A stretch of DNA of 64,000 nucleotides from Vulcanimicrobiota bacterium (GCA_963777315.1 CAVZQC010000004.1:352001-416000); one strand, 5' to 3'. Numbered from the stretch's first letter, positions 11,062-21,215 are shown. The notes: generated from the letters alone by a model not told the origin. Made by a program: numbers and translations.

Positions 11062-11889
11062 GTGCCCGTAAAAAAATATAAGCCGACCAGCGCCGGCAAA
11101 CGCTTCATGACGACGATGGACTTCTCCGAACTGAGCAAGGTTCCGGCAGAAAAGTCGCTCGTCGAAGTGCGCAAGAAACATTCCGGACGCAATTCCAACG
11201 GACACATCACCGTTCGCCACAAGGGTGGCGGCACGCGTAAGATGTACCGCATCATCGACTTCAAGCGAACCAAGGATGCAATTCCCGCGAAAGTCGCGAG
11301 TTTGGAGTACGATCCGAACCGTTCGGCGCGCATTGCGCTGCTGAACTACCGCGACGGAGAAAAGCGTTATATCCTCGCTCCAGCCGGCCTGAAAATAGGC
11401 GATCGTTTGGAATCCGGTCCGGCGGCCGATATCAAGACCGGCAACTGCCTGCCGATTCGGAACATTCCGGTCGGCACCGTCATTCACAATATCGAACTGC
11501 GGCCCGGACAAGGCGCCAAACTCGTGCGCAGTGCGGGCGGTGCGGCGCAGCTGATGGCCAAAGAGGGCGATTACGCTCAGGTGCGCATGCCCTCGGGAGA
11601 GGTGCGTAAAGTGCTCGTGGTGTGCCGCGCGACCATCGGTCAGCTCGGCAACGTAGAGCACGAGAACGAAATCGTGGGCAAAGCCGGCCGCCAGCGGCAT
11701 CGCGGCAAGCGCCCGAGCGTGCGCGGCATCGCGATGAATCCCGTGGATCATCCGCACGGCGGCGGCGAAGCGCGCTCGACGTCGGGCCGTCCGCCAACAA
11801 CGCCGTGGGGTCAAATGACGATGGGCAAAAAAACCCGGCGCAACAAGCGCACGCAAAACATGATCGTCCGCAAACGTGGGTCCAAATAG
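11062..11889 (+). CDS. rplB: 50S ribosomal protein L2
   Basis: GTG start; [25 protein letters not shown]. Confidence 0.99.
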   Translation: MPVKKYKPTSAGKRFMTTMDFSELSKVPAEKSLVEVRKKHSGRNSNGHITVRHKGGGTRKMYRIIDFKRTKDAIPAKVASLEYDPNRSARIALLNYRDGEKRYILAPAGLKIGDRLESGPAADIKTGNCLPIRNIPVGTVIHNIELRPGQGAKLVRSAGGAAQLMAKEGDYAQVRMPSGEVRKVLVVCRATIGQLGNVEHENEIVGKAGRQRHRGKRPSVRGIAMNPVDHPHGGGEARSTSGRPPTTPWGQMTMGKKTRRNKRTQNMIVRKRGSK

Positions 11890-11937
11890 ATGAACGACGG
11901 TACATTCGTGCGCGGTTCGCAGCGGAGCGCCTGGTAA
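11890..11937 (+). CDS. Spacer mini-ORF MNDGTFVRGSQRSAW (15 aa) exactly tiling the rplB-rpsS gap
   Basis: ATG directly follows rplB TAG; its TAA directly precedes rpsS ATG. Confidence 0.45.
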   Translation: MNDGTFVRGSQRSAW

Positions 11938-12213
11938 ATGGGACGCAGCTTAAAGAAAGGCCCGTTCGTGGCCGAACACCTCATCGCCAAAATCGATTCC
12001 CTGAACGAACGGCGTGAGAAGCGCGTCATCAAGACGTGGAGCCGCGCGTCGGTGATCGTTCCCGCGATGGTCGGCCACACGATCGGCGTGCACAACGGTA
12101 AAGCGCACGTGCCCGTTTTCGTCACCGAGAACATGGTGGGACACAAGTTGGGCGAGTTCGCGCCGACTCGCACGTTTCGCGGTCACGGCGGCGACAAGGC
12201 TGCAGTAAAGTGA
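11938..12213 (+). CDS. rpsS: 30S ribosomal protein S19
   Basis: [27 protein letters not shown]. Confidence 0.98.
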   Translation: MGRSLKKGPFVAEHLIAKIDSLNERREKRVIKTWSRASVIVPAMVGHTIGVHNGKAHVPVFVTENMVGHKLGEFAPTRTFRGHGGDKAAVK

Positions 12214-12350
12214 TGCAACGTAATTTCGGCGCGCCCACGGGGAGCGCTCATATTAGCAGTGCGTTTATGCGCGCCATGGCTTGGGGGCCCCACGCTTTGG
12301 CGTGGGGGGCGCGGAGTTTGGAACGGAGCGCCTTGTACGATGCAACGTAA
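12213..12350 (+). CDS. Repeat-encoded mini-ORF A1 (45 aa, [13 protein letters not shown]...)
   Basis: TGATG overlap with rpsS stop; ends 11 nt into ORF A2. Confidence 0.35.
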   Translation: MQRNFGAPTGSAHISSAFMRAMAWGPHALAWGARSLERSALYDAT

Positions 12351-12465
12351 TTTTGGCGCGCCCACGGGGAGCGCTCATATTAGCAGTGCGTTTATGCGCG
12401 CCATGGCCGGGGGGCCCCACGCTTTAGCGTGGGGGGCGCGGAGTTTGGAACGGAGCGCCTTGTAA
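12340..12465 (+). CDS. Repeat-encoded mini-ORF A2 (41 aa)
   Basis: Preceded by GGAG; its TAA abuts rplV ATG. Confidence 0.35.
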   Translation: MQRNFGAPTGSAHISSAFMRAMAGGPHALAWGARSLERSAL

Positions 12466-13014
12466 ATGGAAGCCGTCGCGCATCTCAAGTTCGCCCGCAT
12501 GGGGCCGCGCAAACTGCGCCGCGTCGCCGATGCGATTCGCGGCAGGAGCGTCAAAGAGGCGCTCGTGCTGCTGCAATTCGCCGGAGTGTTCGCCGCAGAG
12601 CCGATGGAGAAATTACTGCGCAGCGCCGTCGCCAACGCAGGCAACAACCACGACATGAATACGGACGAGTTATTCGTCACCCGCGTTACGGTCGACGGCG
12701 GCCCGGGCGGACGTTTCACCAAACGATTGGATCCCCGTGCGCAAGGGCGTGCCAACTTCAAGCGCAAGCGGATGGCTCACGTAACGGTTGTCGTCGGCGA
12801 GCAGCCGCCGGTGAAAAAGCGGCGCAGCTCGGGCGGCGCGTCGATCGGCGTGAAACGCGCAACGACGCGTAAGGGCGCCGCGGCCGGAGCCGCCGGCGCA
12901 AAAGCGCCTGCCAAGCGTAAAGCTTCAGCCCGCAAAACTGCACCGCGCAAAACTTCAACGCGCAAAGCGCGTCCCTCCAAGGCTGGATCAGCCGCAGGCG
13001 AAAAGGCGATTTAA
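12466..13014 (+). CDS. rplV: 50S ribosomal protein L22 with Lys/Ala/Arg-rich C-terminal extension
   Basis: [27 protein letters not shown]; ~65 aa basic tail. Confidence 0.97.
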   Translation: MEAVAHLKFARMGPRKLRRVADAIRGRSVKEALVLLQFAGVFAAEPMEKLLRSAVANAGNNHDMNTDELFVTRVTVDGGPGGRFTKRLDPRAQGRANFKRKRMAHVTVVVGEQPPVKKRRSSGGASIGVKRATTRKGAAAGAAGAKAPAKRKASARKTAPRKTSTRKARPSKAGSAAGEKAI

Positions 13015-13985
13015 TGGGACAGAAAATTCATCCGGTCGGCCTGCGTCTGGGCATTACGCGTACCTGGGACAGCCGTTGGTTCGAGAAAAAGCACTACAAA
13101 GAGTGGCTGCACGAAGACGTAAAAATCCGCAAGTACTTTGCTCGGCTCGTTCGTCCGGCTGCCATCTCCAAGATCGAGATCGAGCGCAGGGCCAATCAAG
13201 CCCGCGTCATCGTCAATACAGGCAAGCCCGGCATCATCATCGGCAAGCGCGGCGTGGGGATTGAAGAGATCCGCAAAAACATCGAGCAGCTGACCGGCAA
13301 AAACGTCCAAGTCAACGTGATGGAGATTAAGCATCCGGAACTCGACGCGCGGCTGGTCGCGCAAAACATCGTCGATCAGCTCGAAAAGCGCATAGCGTTT
13401 CGGCGTGCGATGAAACAGGCGATCATGCGCACGATGAAAGCGGGTGCGCGCGGTATCAAAGTTCAAGTTTCCGGACGCCTGGGCGGCGCCGAGATCGCGC
13501 GTACCGAGCGCAATGCCGACGGGAAAGTGCCGTTGCACACGCTTCGTGCCGACATCGATTATGCGCAAGTCGAGGCGTTCACAACGTTCGGGCGGATCGG
13601 CGTGAAGGTGTGGATTTACCGCGGTGAAGTGCTTCCGGATCACACGCGCGGACCCGAACGCGAATCGCGCTCGGACCGCCCCCAATTCCGCGACCGCCGC
13701 GAGCGGGGCGGCCGTGGTCGCGGCCGCACCGGCACCGGCCAGCGTCCGGCGCAGTCCGCCGGTGAAACGCCTTCAGGTGAAACGCTTTCAACGGAAGAAG
13801 CGCCGGTTTCCGACGTATCGGAGGCGCAGCAGATCGTTCCCGCGGCGCAGCCGATCGTTCCCGAGGCGCAGCCGATCGTTCCCGGGGCCGAGCAGATCGT
13901 GCCTGAGGCGCAGCAGAACGTTCCCGAGACGCCGGCCGGCGTCACGTCCGATGCAGCGGAGGATGGCAGCGATGCTAACCCCTAA
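13014..13985 (+). CDS. rpsC: 30S ribosomal protein S3 with long C-terminal extension
   Basis: [36 protein letters not shown]. Confidence 0.98.
   Translation: MGQKIHPVGLRLGITRTWDSRWFEKKHYKEWLHEDVKIRKYFARLVRPAAISKIEIERRANQARVIVNTGKPGIIIGKRGVGIEEIRKNIEQLTGKNVQVNVMEIKHPELDARLVAQNIVDQLEKRIAFRRAMKQAIMRTMKAGARGIKVQVSGRLGGAEIARTERNADGKVPLHTLRADIDYAQVEAFTTFGRIGVKVWIYRGEVLPDHTRGPERESRSDRPQFRDRRERGGRGRGRTGTGQRPAQSAGETPSGETLSTEEAPVSDVSEAQQIVPAAQPIVPEAQPIVPGAEQIVPEAQQNVPETPAGVTSDAAEDGSDANP
13821..13925 (+). repeat. 5 x 21 bp coding tandem repeat (EAQ(Q/P)IVP) in the S3 tail
   Basis: GAGGCGCAGCAGATCGTTCCC-like unit repeated five times. Confidence 0.9.
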
Positions 13986-14406
13986 ACGAGTCAAATGGCG
14001 CCGGGTTCATCGCGGCCGCATGCGCGGCAAAGCGGTGCGCGGCAGCTCGCTCACGTTCGGCGAGTACGGGCTGCAGGCGCTTGAGCCGTGCTGGATGACC
14101 AATCGGCAGATTGAAGCCGCACGTATCGCGATGACCCGCCACATCAAGCGCGGCGGCAAAGTATGGATCAAAGTGTTTCCGGACAAGTCGGTTACGAAAA
14201 AACCGGCTGAAGTGCGCATGGGCGCGGGCAAGGGCAATCCCGAATTTTGGGTCGCCGTGGTGCGGCCCGGGCGCGTGCTGTTCGAGCTTTCCGGCGTTGC
14301 ACCGGACGTTGCGCGGCGAGCGCTGCAGCTTGCCGCCTCGAAGCTTCCTATCGGAACGAAGATTCTTTCGCGTGAGGAGATTCCCCAGGAGCGTGGCGCA
14401 GAATGA
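13972..14406 (+). CDS. rplP: 50S ribosomal protein L16
   Basis: [27 protein letters not shown]. Confidence 0.98.
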   Translation: MLTPKRVKWRRVHRGRMRGKAVRGSSLTFGEYGLQALEPCWMTNRQIEAARIAMTRHIKRGGKVWIKVFPDKSVTKKPAEVRMGAGKGNPEFWVAVVRPGRVLFELSGVAPDVARRALQLAASKLPIGTKILSREEIPQERGAE

Positions 14407-14624
14407 AGATTCACGAATTCAAAGAACTGCGCAATCTGACCATCGGCGAGCTGCAGCAAAAAGCTCGCGAAACGAAGGAAGAGCTGTTCAACCTTCGCTT
14501 TGCGCTGCGCACCGGTCACTTGTCTGATTTTTCCAAAGTGCGCGCCATTCGCCGCACGTACGCGCAGATCCAAACCGTTATCTCGGAAAAGCGGATCGCG
14601 GAGGCCAGAAATGGAGCAGCATAG
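14403..14624 (+). CDS. rpmC: 50S ribosomal protein L29
   Basis: KEELFNLRF; position between rplP and rpsQ. Confidence 0.95.
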   Translation: MKIHEFKELRNLTIGELQQKARETKEELFNLRFALRTGHLSDFSKVRAIRRTYAQIQTVISEKRIAEARNGAA

Positions 14625-14880
14625 CCAAGCGCGGCATAAGCGCCGCACCAAGCAAGGCCGCGTCGTTTCGGACAAAATGGACAAAACGATCGTCGTGCGC
14701 TCGGAAATGCGCGTGCCGCATCCCATTTACGGCAAGATCGTGCGCAAATCAGTGAAATTCAAAGCGCACGACGAACGCAATGAGGCCAAGGCCGGCGATA
14801 CGGTGCGCATCATGGAGTGCCGCCCGCTGTCCAAGGACAAGCGCTGGCGGCTGCTCGAGATTCTGGAGCGCGCCAAGTGA
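14611..14880 (+). CDS. rpsQ: 30S ribosomal protein S17
   Basis: [31 protein letters not shown]. Confidence 0.98.
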   Translation: MEQHSQARHKRRTKQGRVVSDKMDKTIVVRSEMRVPHPIYGKIVRKSVKFKAHDERNEAKAGDTVRIMECRPLSKDKRWRLLEILERAK

Positions 14881-15299
14881 CGAACTCTCGGACCGACCGG
14901 ACGGAGCGCCTTTTCAAAGCCGTCAGCCCTTTGCAAGCAAAGAATTGCTGCGTCGTAACGCAGCAATTCGATACCGCCTACCGGGCCCAACGGGGGCCCC
15001 TCGCAGTGGGGGGCGCGGAGTCTCGGACGGAGCGCCTTTTCAAAGCCGTCAGCCCTTTGCAAGCAAAGAATTGCTGCGTCGTAACGCAGCAATTCGATAC
15101 TGCCTACCGGGCCCAACGGGGGCCCCACGCAGTGGGGGGCGCGGAGTCTCGGACGGAGCGCCTTTTCAAAGCCGTCAGCCCTTTGCAAGCAAAGAATTGC
15201 TGCGTCGTAACGCAGCAATTCGATACCGCCTACCGGGCCCAACGGGGGCCCCACGCAGTGGGGGGCGCGGAGTCTCGGACGGAGCGCCTTTTCAAATGA
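14877..15299 (+). CDS. Repeat-encoded spacer ORF B (140 aa; 3 x 42 aa unit)
   Basis: GGAG SD at 14865; GTGA overlap with rpsQ stop; ATGA overlap with rplN start; no stop in between. Confidence 0.4.
   Translation: MTNSRTDRTERLFKAVSPLQAKNCCVVTQQFDTAYRAQRGPLAVGGAESRTERLFKAVSPLQAKNCCVVTQQFDTAYRAQRGPHAVGGAESRTERLFKAVSPLQAKNCCVVTQQFDTAYRAQRGPHAVGGAESRTERLFK
14898..15296 (+). repeat. Tandem array B: 3 x 126 bp structured repeat plus a 4th copy of the 21 bp boundary
   Basis: CGGACGGAGCGCCTTTTCAAA at 14898, 15024, 15150, 15276; units differ at only 2 positions; perfect 12 bp hairpin GAATTGCTGCGT-CGTA-ACGCAGCAATTC in each. Confidence 0.97.
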
Positions 15300-15673
15300 T
15301 CCAGCAAGAAACCCGCCTCAAAGTCGCCGACAACTCCGGCGCACGCGAGCTGCTGTGCATCCACGTGAGCGGCGGCAGCCGGCATCCGTACGCGCACGTC
15401 GGGGACATCGTGGTCGGCACGGTCAAGAGCGCCATTCCGGGCGCGGCGGTCAAAAAAGGACAAGTCGTCAAGGCCGTCATCGTGCGCACGTCGGCACCGA
15501 TTCGCCGCAGCGACGGTTCCGTCGTCAAGTGCGACGACAACGCCTGCGTGATCATCAAAGGCGACAAGGACAACCTGGACCCGCGCGGCACGCGCGTGTT
15601 CGGCCCGGTCATGCGGGAACTGCGCGACCGCGGCTTTCTGAAGATCGCTTCCCTCGCTCCGGAGGTGCTGTGA
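15296..15673 (+). CDS. rplN: 50S ribosomal protein L14
   Basis: [31 protein letters not shown]. Confidence 0.98.
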   Translation: MIQQETRLKVADNSGARELLCIHVSGGSRHPYAHVGDIVVGTVKSAIPGAAVKKGQVVKAVIVRTSAPIRRSDGSVVKCDDNACVIIKGDKDNLDPRGTRVFGPVMRELRDRGFLKIASLAPEVL

Positions 15674-16023
15674 TGGCAGATATCATCAAGGGCGACACCG
15701 TTGCGATCCGCCGCGGCAAGGAAAAGGGAAAGCGCGGCGTGGTCAAAGCCGTTTTTCCAAAGTCCGGAATGGCGACGGTTGAAGGTTTGAACGTCGTCAA
15801 GCGCCACACCAAACAGGGTTCGCAGCAGCAGAACATGGGTGGTTCCGCGCAGACCGGCGGCATCATCGAAAAGGAAGCCCCCGTTCCCATTTCGGCCCTG
15901 CAGTACGTGTGCGAGAAATGCAGGACGCCCACGCGCATCCGCCGCCATGAAACCGCCGAAGGCACCAAACGCGTTTGCGCCAAGTGCGGCGAGCCCGCGC
16001 GCCTGTCGGTAAAAGGAGCCTAA
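15673..16023 (+). CDS. rplX: 50S ribosomal protein L24 (C-terminal CxxC...CxxC)
   Basis: IIKGDTV...GKEKGKRG, VEGLNVVKRH, IIEKEAP. Confidence 0.96.
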   Translation: MADIIKGDTVAIRRGKEKGKRGVVKAVFPKSGMATVEGLNVVKRHTKQGSQQQNMGGSAQTGGIIEKEAPVPISALQYVCEKCRTPTRIRRHETAEGTKRVCAKCGEPARLSVKGA

Positions 16024-16055
16024 TGACACGTTCATTTACGCAGCGAGATGAATAG
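16023..16055 (+). CDS. Spacer mini-[13 protein letters not shown]
   Basis: AAGGAG SD inside the rplX end; TAATG overlap; ends 8 nt into rplE. Confidence 0.4.
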   Translation: MTRSFTQRDE

Positions 16056-16599
16056 ATTAAAAGAAAAATACGATAAGGAAGTTCGCAGCCGCCTGCGCGA
16101 GCGCTTCGGATATCACAACGTTCATCAAATTCCACGCTTGGAAAAAGTCGTGGTCAACATGAGCGTTGGCGACGCCATCACCAATTCCAAAGTGCTCGAC
16201 ACCGCGGTTGCCGAGCTGCAGGCGATTAGCGGGCAAAAGCCGATCGTGACCAAGGCCAAAAAATCGATCGCCGCCTTCAAACTGCGCGAAGGCATGAACA
16301 TCGGCGCCAAAGTAACGCTCCGGGGCGACCGGATGTACGTGTTTTTGGACAAACTGTTCAACGTGGTGCTGCCGCGCATTCGCGACTTTCGCGGGCTGCC
16401 GCGCAAGTCGTTCGACGGACGCGGAAACTACAACATGGGGCTGCGCGAGCAAATCGTCTTTCCCGAGATCAACTTCGACAAAGTCGAAAAGATGCGCGGC
16501 ATGGACATCGTGATCGTAACGACGGCTAAGAACGACGAGGAAGCCACCGAATTTCTTACCGCGATGGGCTTGCCGCTGCAGAAAGCGGGTGCACGGTAA
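16048..16599 (+). CDS. rplE: 50S ribosomal protein L5
   Basis: [30 protein letters not shown]. Confidence 0.98.
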   Translation: MNRLKEKYDKEVRSRLRERFGYHNVHQIPRLEKVVVNMSVGDAITNSKVLDTAVAELQAISGQKPIVTKAKKSIAAFKLREGMNIGAKVTLRGDRMYVFLDKLFNVVLPRIRDFRGLPRKSFDGRGNYNMGLREQIVFPEINFDKVEKMRGMDIVIVTTAKNDEEATEFLTAMGLPLQKAGAR

Positions 16600-16784
16600 T
16601 GGCAAAAACCGCGCTCATCGAGAAATCGAAGCGGACGCCCAAGTTCAAAGTGCGCGCCCACAACCGTTGCGAGCTTTGCGGCCGGCCCCGCGGCGTTTAC
16701 CGCCGCTTCGGCCTGTGCCGGATTTGCTTTCGCGAGAACGCGCATAAAGGCAACGTTCCCGGCATTACCAAGGCGTCGTGGTGA
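16599..16784 (+). CDS. rpsN: 30S ribosomal protein S14, zinc-binding (type Z)
   Basis: 61 aa; [10 protein letters not shown]...LCRICFRE. Confidence 0.97.
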   Translation: MAKTALIEKSKRTPKFKVRAHNRCELCGRPRGVYRRFGLCRICFRENAHKGNVPGITKASW

Positions 16785-16802
16785 ACCGGAGGATAGTGTA
16801 AA

Positions 16803-17204
16803 GTGGCTGTCATCACCGACCCCATCGCCGACATGCTTACGCGCATTCGCAATGCCAATACGGCAAACCACGACGTGGTCAACGTGCCGGCTTCGCGCAT
16901 GAAGCGGGCGGTCGCGCAAATCCTCAAGGAAGAGGGCTTTATCGTGGACTTCGAGCGTGTGGATGAAGGCCCGCAAGGCACCATCCGCATCAAGCTCAAG
17001 TACGGCCCGAACAAGGAAAAAGTCATCACGGGCCTGCGGCGCATTTCTCGCCCAGGCTTGCGCGTGTATACCAACAAAACCGAAATACCGCGCGTTCTGG
17101 GCGGCTTGGGCGTCGTCATCATGTCCACGTCCAGAGGCATCATGTCCGGCAAGCGCGCCAAAAAAGAAGGCTGCGGGGGCGAAGTCCTCGCTTACGTGTG
17201 GTAA
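16803..17204 (+). CDS. rpsH: 30S ribosomal protein S8
   Basis: [31 protein letters not shown]. Confidence 0.98.
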   Translation: MAVITDPIADMLTRIRNANTANHDVVNVPASRMKRAVAQILKEEGFIVDFERVDEGPQGTIRIKLKYGPNKEKVITGLRRISRPGLRVYTNKTEIPRVLGGLGVVIMSTSRGIMSGKRAKKEGCGGEVLAYVW

Positions 17205-17206
17205 TT

Positions 17207-17755
17207 ATGAGCAGAATAGGAAAATTGCCCGTCGCAGTCCCCAGCGGCGTGAACGTGGAGATTGCCGACGGCGAAGTGCGCGTCAAAGGGCCTAAAGGCG
17301 AACTGCGCGAGCGCGTGCTCGAGCTCGTTGCCGTCAAGCTCCACGACGGCAAGGTCGTGGTCGAACGCCGAGGCGACGCCAAAGAGCACCGCGCGGCGCA
17401 CGGCCTGACGCGCACGCTGGTCAACAACATGATCCAGGGAGTAAGCAAAGGGTTTCGCCGCAGCCTGGAGATCCAAGGCGTCGGCTATCGCGCAGCCAAG
17501 GCGGGAGAGAATCTGAATCTGACGTTAGGATACTCGCATCCCGTGAGCTACGCGCCGCCCAGCGGCATCACGCTCTCGGTCGAAGGCACCAATAGAGTTC
17601 ACGTGGAGGGCATCGACAAGCAGCAAGTCGGCCAAGTGGCCGCCGAAATTCGCGATCTGCGTGCGCCCGAGCCGTACAAAGGCAAAGGCATCCGCTACGC
17701 AGGCGAGATCGTGCGCAAGAAACTCGGTAAAGCCGGAAAGGCCGGTAAGAAGTAA
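17207..17755 (+). CDS. rplF: 50S ribosomal protein L6
   Basis: MSRIGKLP, VKGPKG, PEPYKGKGIRY. Confidence 0.98.
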   Translation: MSRIGKLPVAVPSGVNVEIADGEVRVKGPKGELRERVLELVAVKLHDGKVVVERRGDAKEHRAAHGLTRTLVNNMIQGVSKGFRRSLEIQGVGYRAAKAGENLNLTLGYSHPVSYAPPSGITLSVEGTNRVHVEGIDKQQVGQVAAEIRDLRAPEPYKGKGIRYAGEIVRKKLGKAGKAGKK

Positions 17756-18120
17756 TGGCGCGCATTTCACGCGACGACTCCCGCCGCAAGCGGCACACTC
17801 GCCTGCGCCGCAAGGTCGCAGGTTCGAGCGAACGTCCGCGTTTGCTGATCCGGCGCACTCTGCATCACATCTATGCAACCGTCGTCGACGATGCCGCAGG
17901 GCACACGCTCGTCGCCGCATCGACGCGCGAAAAGGGTCTAGCGGGGGCATTGGATTCAACCGCCAATCTGGCTGCCGCCGAGAAGATCGGTCAGGTCATC
18001 GCCGCCAAAGCCAAAGAGGCCGGCATCACGCAGGTCGTGTTCGATCGCAGCGGTTTGAAGTATCACGGCCGCGTGAAGGCGCTGGCCGACGCAGCTCGTC
18101 AAGCGGGACTGGAGTTCTAA
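17755..18120 (+). CDS. rplR: 50S ribosomal protein L18
   Basis: ERPRL, VVFDRSGLKYHGRVKALADAAR. Confidence 0.98.
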   Translation: MARISRDDSRRKRHTRLRRKVAGSSERPRLLIRRTLHHIYATVVDDAAGHTLVAASTREKGLAGALDSTANLAAAEKIGQVIAAKAKEAGITQVVFDRSGLKYHGRVKALADAARQAGLEF

Positions 18121-18627
18121 ATGCAATATCGTGGCCGCGACCGGGACAATTCCGGATTCGAAGAAACGGTCGTTCGCGTCAATCGCGTAGCAAAGGTCGT
18201 CAAGGGCGGTAAGCGCTTCAGCTTCAGCGCCTTGGTCGTGGTCGGCGATCGCAAGGGCAAAGTCGGTTACGCGATCGGCAAGGCCGGCGAAGTTCCCGAA
18301 GCGATCCGCAAGGGCGTCGAACAGGCAAAGAAAAGTTTGGTGTCAGTCCCAATGGTCGAGAAAACGATTCCGCACATCGTGAATCATCAAATCGGTTCGG
18401 CCCACGTGCTGCTCAAGCCCGCCGCTCCGGGTACGGGCGTCATCGCCGGCGGTGCGATGCGCGCAGTGCTCGAGCTGGCCGGCATCCACGACATTCTGAC
18501 AAAGTCGCTGGGAACGAACAATCCGATCAACGTCGTGTACGCGACCGTCGAAGCGCTGCGTTCGCTCACGACCGCCGAGCGGGTCGCTGCGCTGCGCGGA
18601 AAAAGCGTCGCGGATATTTTTGCTTGA
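18121..18627 (+). CDS. rpsE: 30S ribosomal protein S5
   Basis: [22 protein letters not shown]. Confidence 0.98.
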   Translation: MQYRGRDRDNSGFEETVVRVNRVAKVVKGGKRFSFSALVVVGDRKGKVGYAIGKAGEVPEAIRKGVEQAKKSLVSVPMVEKTIPHIVNHQIGSAHVLLKPAAPGTGVIAGGAMRAVLELAGIHDILTKSLGTNNPINVVYATVEALRSLTTAERVAALRGKSVADIFA

Positions 18628-18651
18628 AGCGTAACGTGAGATTCGGACAAT

Positions 18652-19249
18652 ATGGCACAATCCAAGCGTAAAAAGACCCCGGCCAAAGCGGCCGCGCCCA
18701 AAACCCGGGCAGTGGAGAAGCCGGCTGTTATTGCGGGCGGCGGCGGTTCGACGCTTACGCTCGCTCAGCTGAAACCCGCGCCGGGCAGCCGGCCCAAGCG
18801 CACGCGCGTCGGGCGCGGGCATGGCTCCGGCATGGTCAAGACCGGCGGCGAGGGCGGCAAAGGCCAAACGGTGCGTTCGGGCGGCGGGAAAGGCCCCGCG
18901 TTCGAGGGCGGCCAGACGCCCTGGGCGCGCCGTCTGCCGCATCGGCGGGGATACTCGCAAAAAGCGCGCGACATCGGTCATTTTCGCACCCGTTTGGCCG
19001 TCGTCAATTTGAACGAGCTGATTCGATTGGGATCCTTCGGTCGAAGTGACGCCGCAAACGCTCAAAGTCGCACGCAAGATCAAGTCCATGCGTGACGGCG
19101 TAAAGATTCTGGGCGGCAATGCGAGCCGGTCCAAGGACGGCAAGACGCTTCCCACGGGACTGCGGTTCCGCGACGTGCTGTTTTCGAACAGCGCGCGCGA
19201 GGCGCTGACCGCCGCGGGGGCAACGATCGAGCCGGTCAGCGCACCCTAG
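18652..19249 (+). CDS. rplO: 50S ribosomal protein L15, N-terminally extended; +1 frameshift near 19020 (probable sequencing error)
   Basis: RVGRGHGSG, FEGGQTP in the first frame; VKILG and FSNSAREAL-AAG in the shifted frame. Confidence 0.92.
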
Positions 19250-20545
19250 TGCTGAACAATCTGCGCGCTGCGCTGCTCGTCCCGGACATCCGTGCACGGG
19301 TCATGTTCGTGTTTTTCTCGTTCGCGGTGTTCGTTTTCATGATTCACGTGCAGTTGCCCAACGTGAACGACAAGGTTTGGCAGCAGCTGCTGTCCCAGGG
19401 AGTGTTTTACAACCTGCTGGGCTTTTTGTCCGGCGGCGCACTGCAGAAGTCTGTCTATCATCGCGATGGGCATCACACCCTACATCAACGCCTCGATCAT
19501 CATGCAGCTGATGACCGTCGTGCTGCCGCAGCTCGAGGAGATGGCCAAAAAAGGCGGCGAGGAAGGGCGCAAGAAAATCGGCCAGTACACGCGCTGGCTG
19601 ACGATCGTGCTGGCCACCCTGCAGGCGTTCTTCATGGCGAACATGATGCGCTCGGCGGGCGTGTTTTACGACAACAGCATTTGGTTCGAGCTGTTCGCGG
19701 TCACCGCGATGGTGGGCGGAACGCTGTTTCTCATGTGGCTGGGCGAGCAGATCACCGACAAAGGGATCGGCAACGGCGTGTCGTTGATCATCTTCATCGG
19801 CATCGTCCTGCGCTACCCGCAGTACGTCGCCCAGACCTACACGTCGACGACCAAAGGCGGCGAGTCCATCGCCAACATCGTCATCTACATCCTGATCGCG
19901 ATCGCCGTCGTCATCTCGATCGTGTTTCTCTACCAAGGGCAGCGCCGCGTTCCGGTGCAGCAGGCGCGCCGCGTCGTGGGCCGCAAGATGTTCGCCGGCC
20001 GGTCGACGTACATTCCGCTGCGTCTGAACAACGCCGGCGTCATCTCGATCATCTTCGCCATTTCGCTGCTGCTGCTGCCGCAGCAGGCGCTTTCGTGGTT
20101 CAATCGCGGCGGGGTTCACGCGGGAATCTGGGGCGGCGTTTCGGACTGGGTCAGCGTGTATTTCAGTCCCAACTCCTGGCTGTACAACCTGGTGTACTTC
20201 GTTTTGGTCGTCGTCTTCACGTTCTTCTATAGCGCCATCGTGATCAACACCAAAGATATCGCCGACAACCTCAAGAAAAGCGGCTCGTTCATTCCCGGCA
20301 TTCGGCCCGGCCAGCCGACGGTCGACTACATCAATCGAATCCTCATGCGCATCACCACCGCTGCCGCAATCTATCTCGGTTTGCTCGCGGTGCTGCCTGG
20401 AGCGCTTCAGCGCGGGCTCTCCGTCACGACGTTCTATTTGGGATCGACGTCGCTGCTGATCGTGGTCGGCGTTGCGCTCGACACGATCACGCAGATCGAA
20501 GCTCGCTTGGCGATGCGCGATTACCGGGGCTTCATCAAACGCTAA
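19249..20545 (+). CDS. secY: Preprotein translocase SecY; +1 frameshift at 19450 (probable sequencing error)
   Basis: LSGGALQK then LSIIAMGITPYINASIIMQL after removing T19450; GIGNGVSL, IPGIRPG. Confidence 0.95.
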
Positions 20546-20574
20546 TGCGAACGTGCGCGAGCCCATGCGTCTGA
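20545..20574 (+). CDS. Spacer mini-ORF MRTCASPCV
   Basis: TAATG overlap with secY stop; ends 10 nt into adk. Confidence 0.3.
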   Translation: MRTCASPCV

Positions 20575-21215
20575 TTTTTCTGGGACCGCCCGGAGCCGGA
20601 AAAGGCACGCAGGCCCAGCTGCTGCAGGGGCGGCTAGGCTCGCGCCAGATCTCCACGGGCGACATCCTGCGTGAAAATCGCAGCCTTCGGACGGAACTGG
20701 GCAAAGCGGCCGAAAGTTTCATGCTCAAGGGCGCGCTGGTGCCCGATGAACTGGTCGTGAAGATGATCGAGCGCGAGCTCGACAAGACGCCGGGCGGGTT
20801 CATTCTGGATGGATTCCCGCGCACCGTTGCGCAAGCGGAAACCCTAGACGCACTGCTGGCCGCCAAGAGCATGTCGATCGATGCGGCTCTTTTGTTCAAA
20901 GCAGACCGCGCAGCGCTGCTGGAACGCCTGACGGCGCGCTGGACCAATCCGCATACGGGAAGAACGTACAACACGATCAGCAATCCTCCGCGCGTTGCCG
21001 GAATCGACGACGAAGACGGCACGCCGCTGGTTCAGCGCGAGGACGACAAACCTGCGACGGTCGCGAAGCGGCTCGAGGTTTACGATCGCCAAACGGCGCC
21101 GCTGATAGAGTATTACCGTCGAGTCGGCAAGCTCGTCGAAATCGACGCCATGGATTCGATGCAGGGCGTTACCGATCAGATCGTGGCCAAGCTCGCGGCC
21201 AAGGCGGCATCGTGA
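20565..21215 (+). CDS. adk: Adenylate kinase
   Basis: GPPGAGKGTQA, ISTGDILR, LDGFPRT, QREDD. Confidence 0.97.
   Translation: MRLIFLGPPGAGKGTQAQLLQGRLGSRQISTGDILRENRSLRTELGKAAESFMLKGALVPDELVVKMIERELDKTPGGFILDGFPRTVAQAETLDALLAAKSMSIDAALLFKADRAALLERLTARWTNPHTGRTYNTISNPPRVAGIDDEDGTPLVQREDDKPATVAKRLEVYDRQTAPLIEYYRRVGKLVEIDAMDSMQGVTDQIVAKLAAKAAS

Larger units (their letters stand above)
12212..12465 (+). repeat. Tandem array A: 2 x 127 bp structured intergenic repeat
   Basis: Copies start at 12212 and 12339 and differ at 5 positions; each ends CGGAGCGCCTTGTA(C/A). Confidence 0.95.

Noticed and set aside
14780..15295. Long N-terminal extension of L14
   Set aside because: The frame is open only because the repeat unit is a multiple of 3; the canonical MIQQET start has its own GGAG SD
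14898..15296. CRISPR array (21 bp repeat occurring four times)
   Set aside because: The intervening 105 bp segments are near-identical rather than unique spacers, are too long, and no cas genes are present
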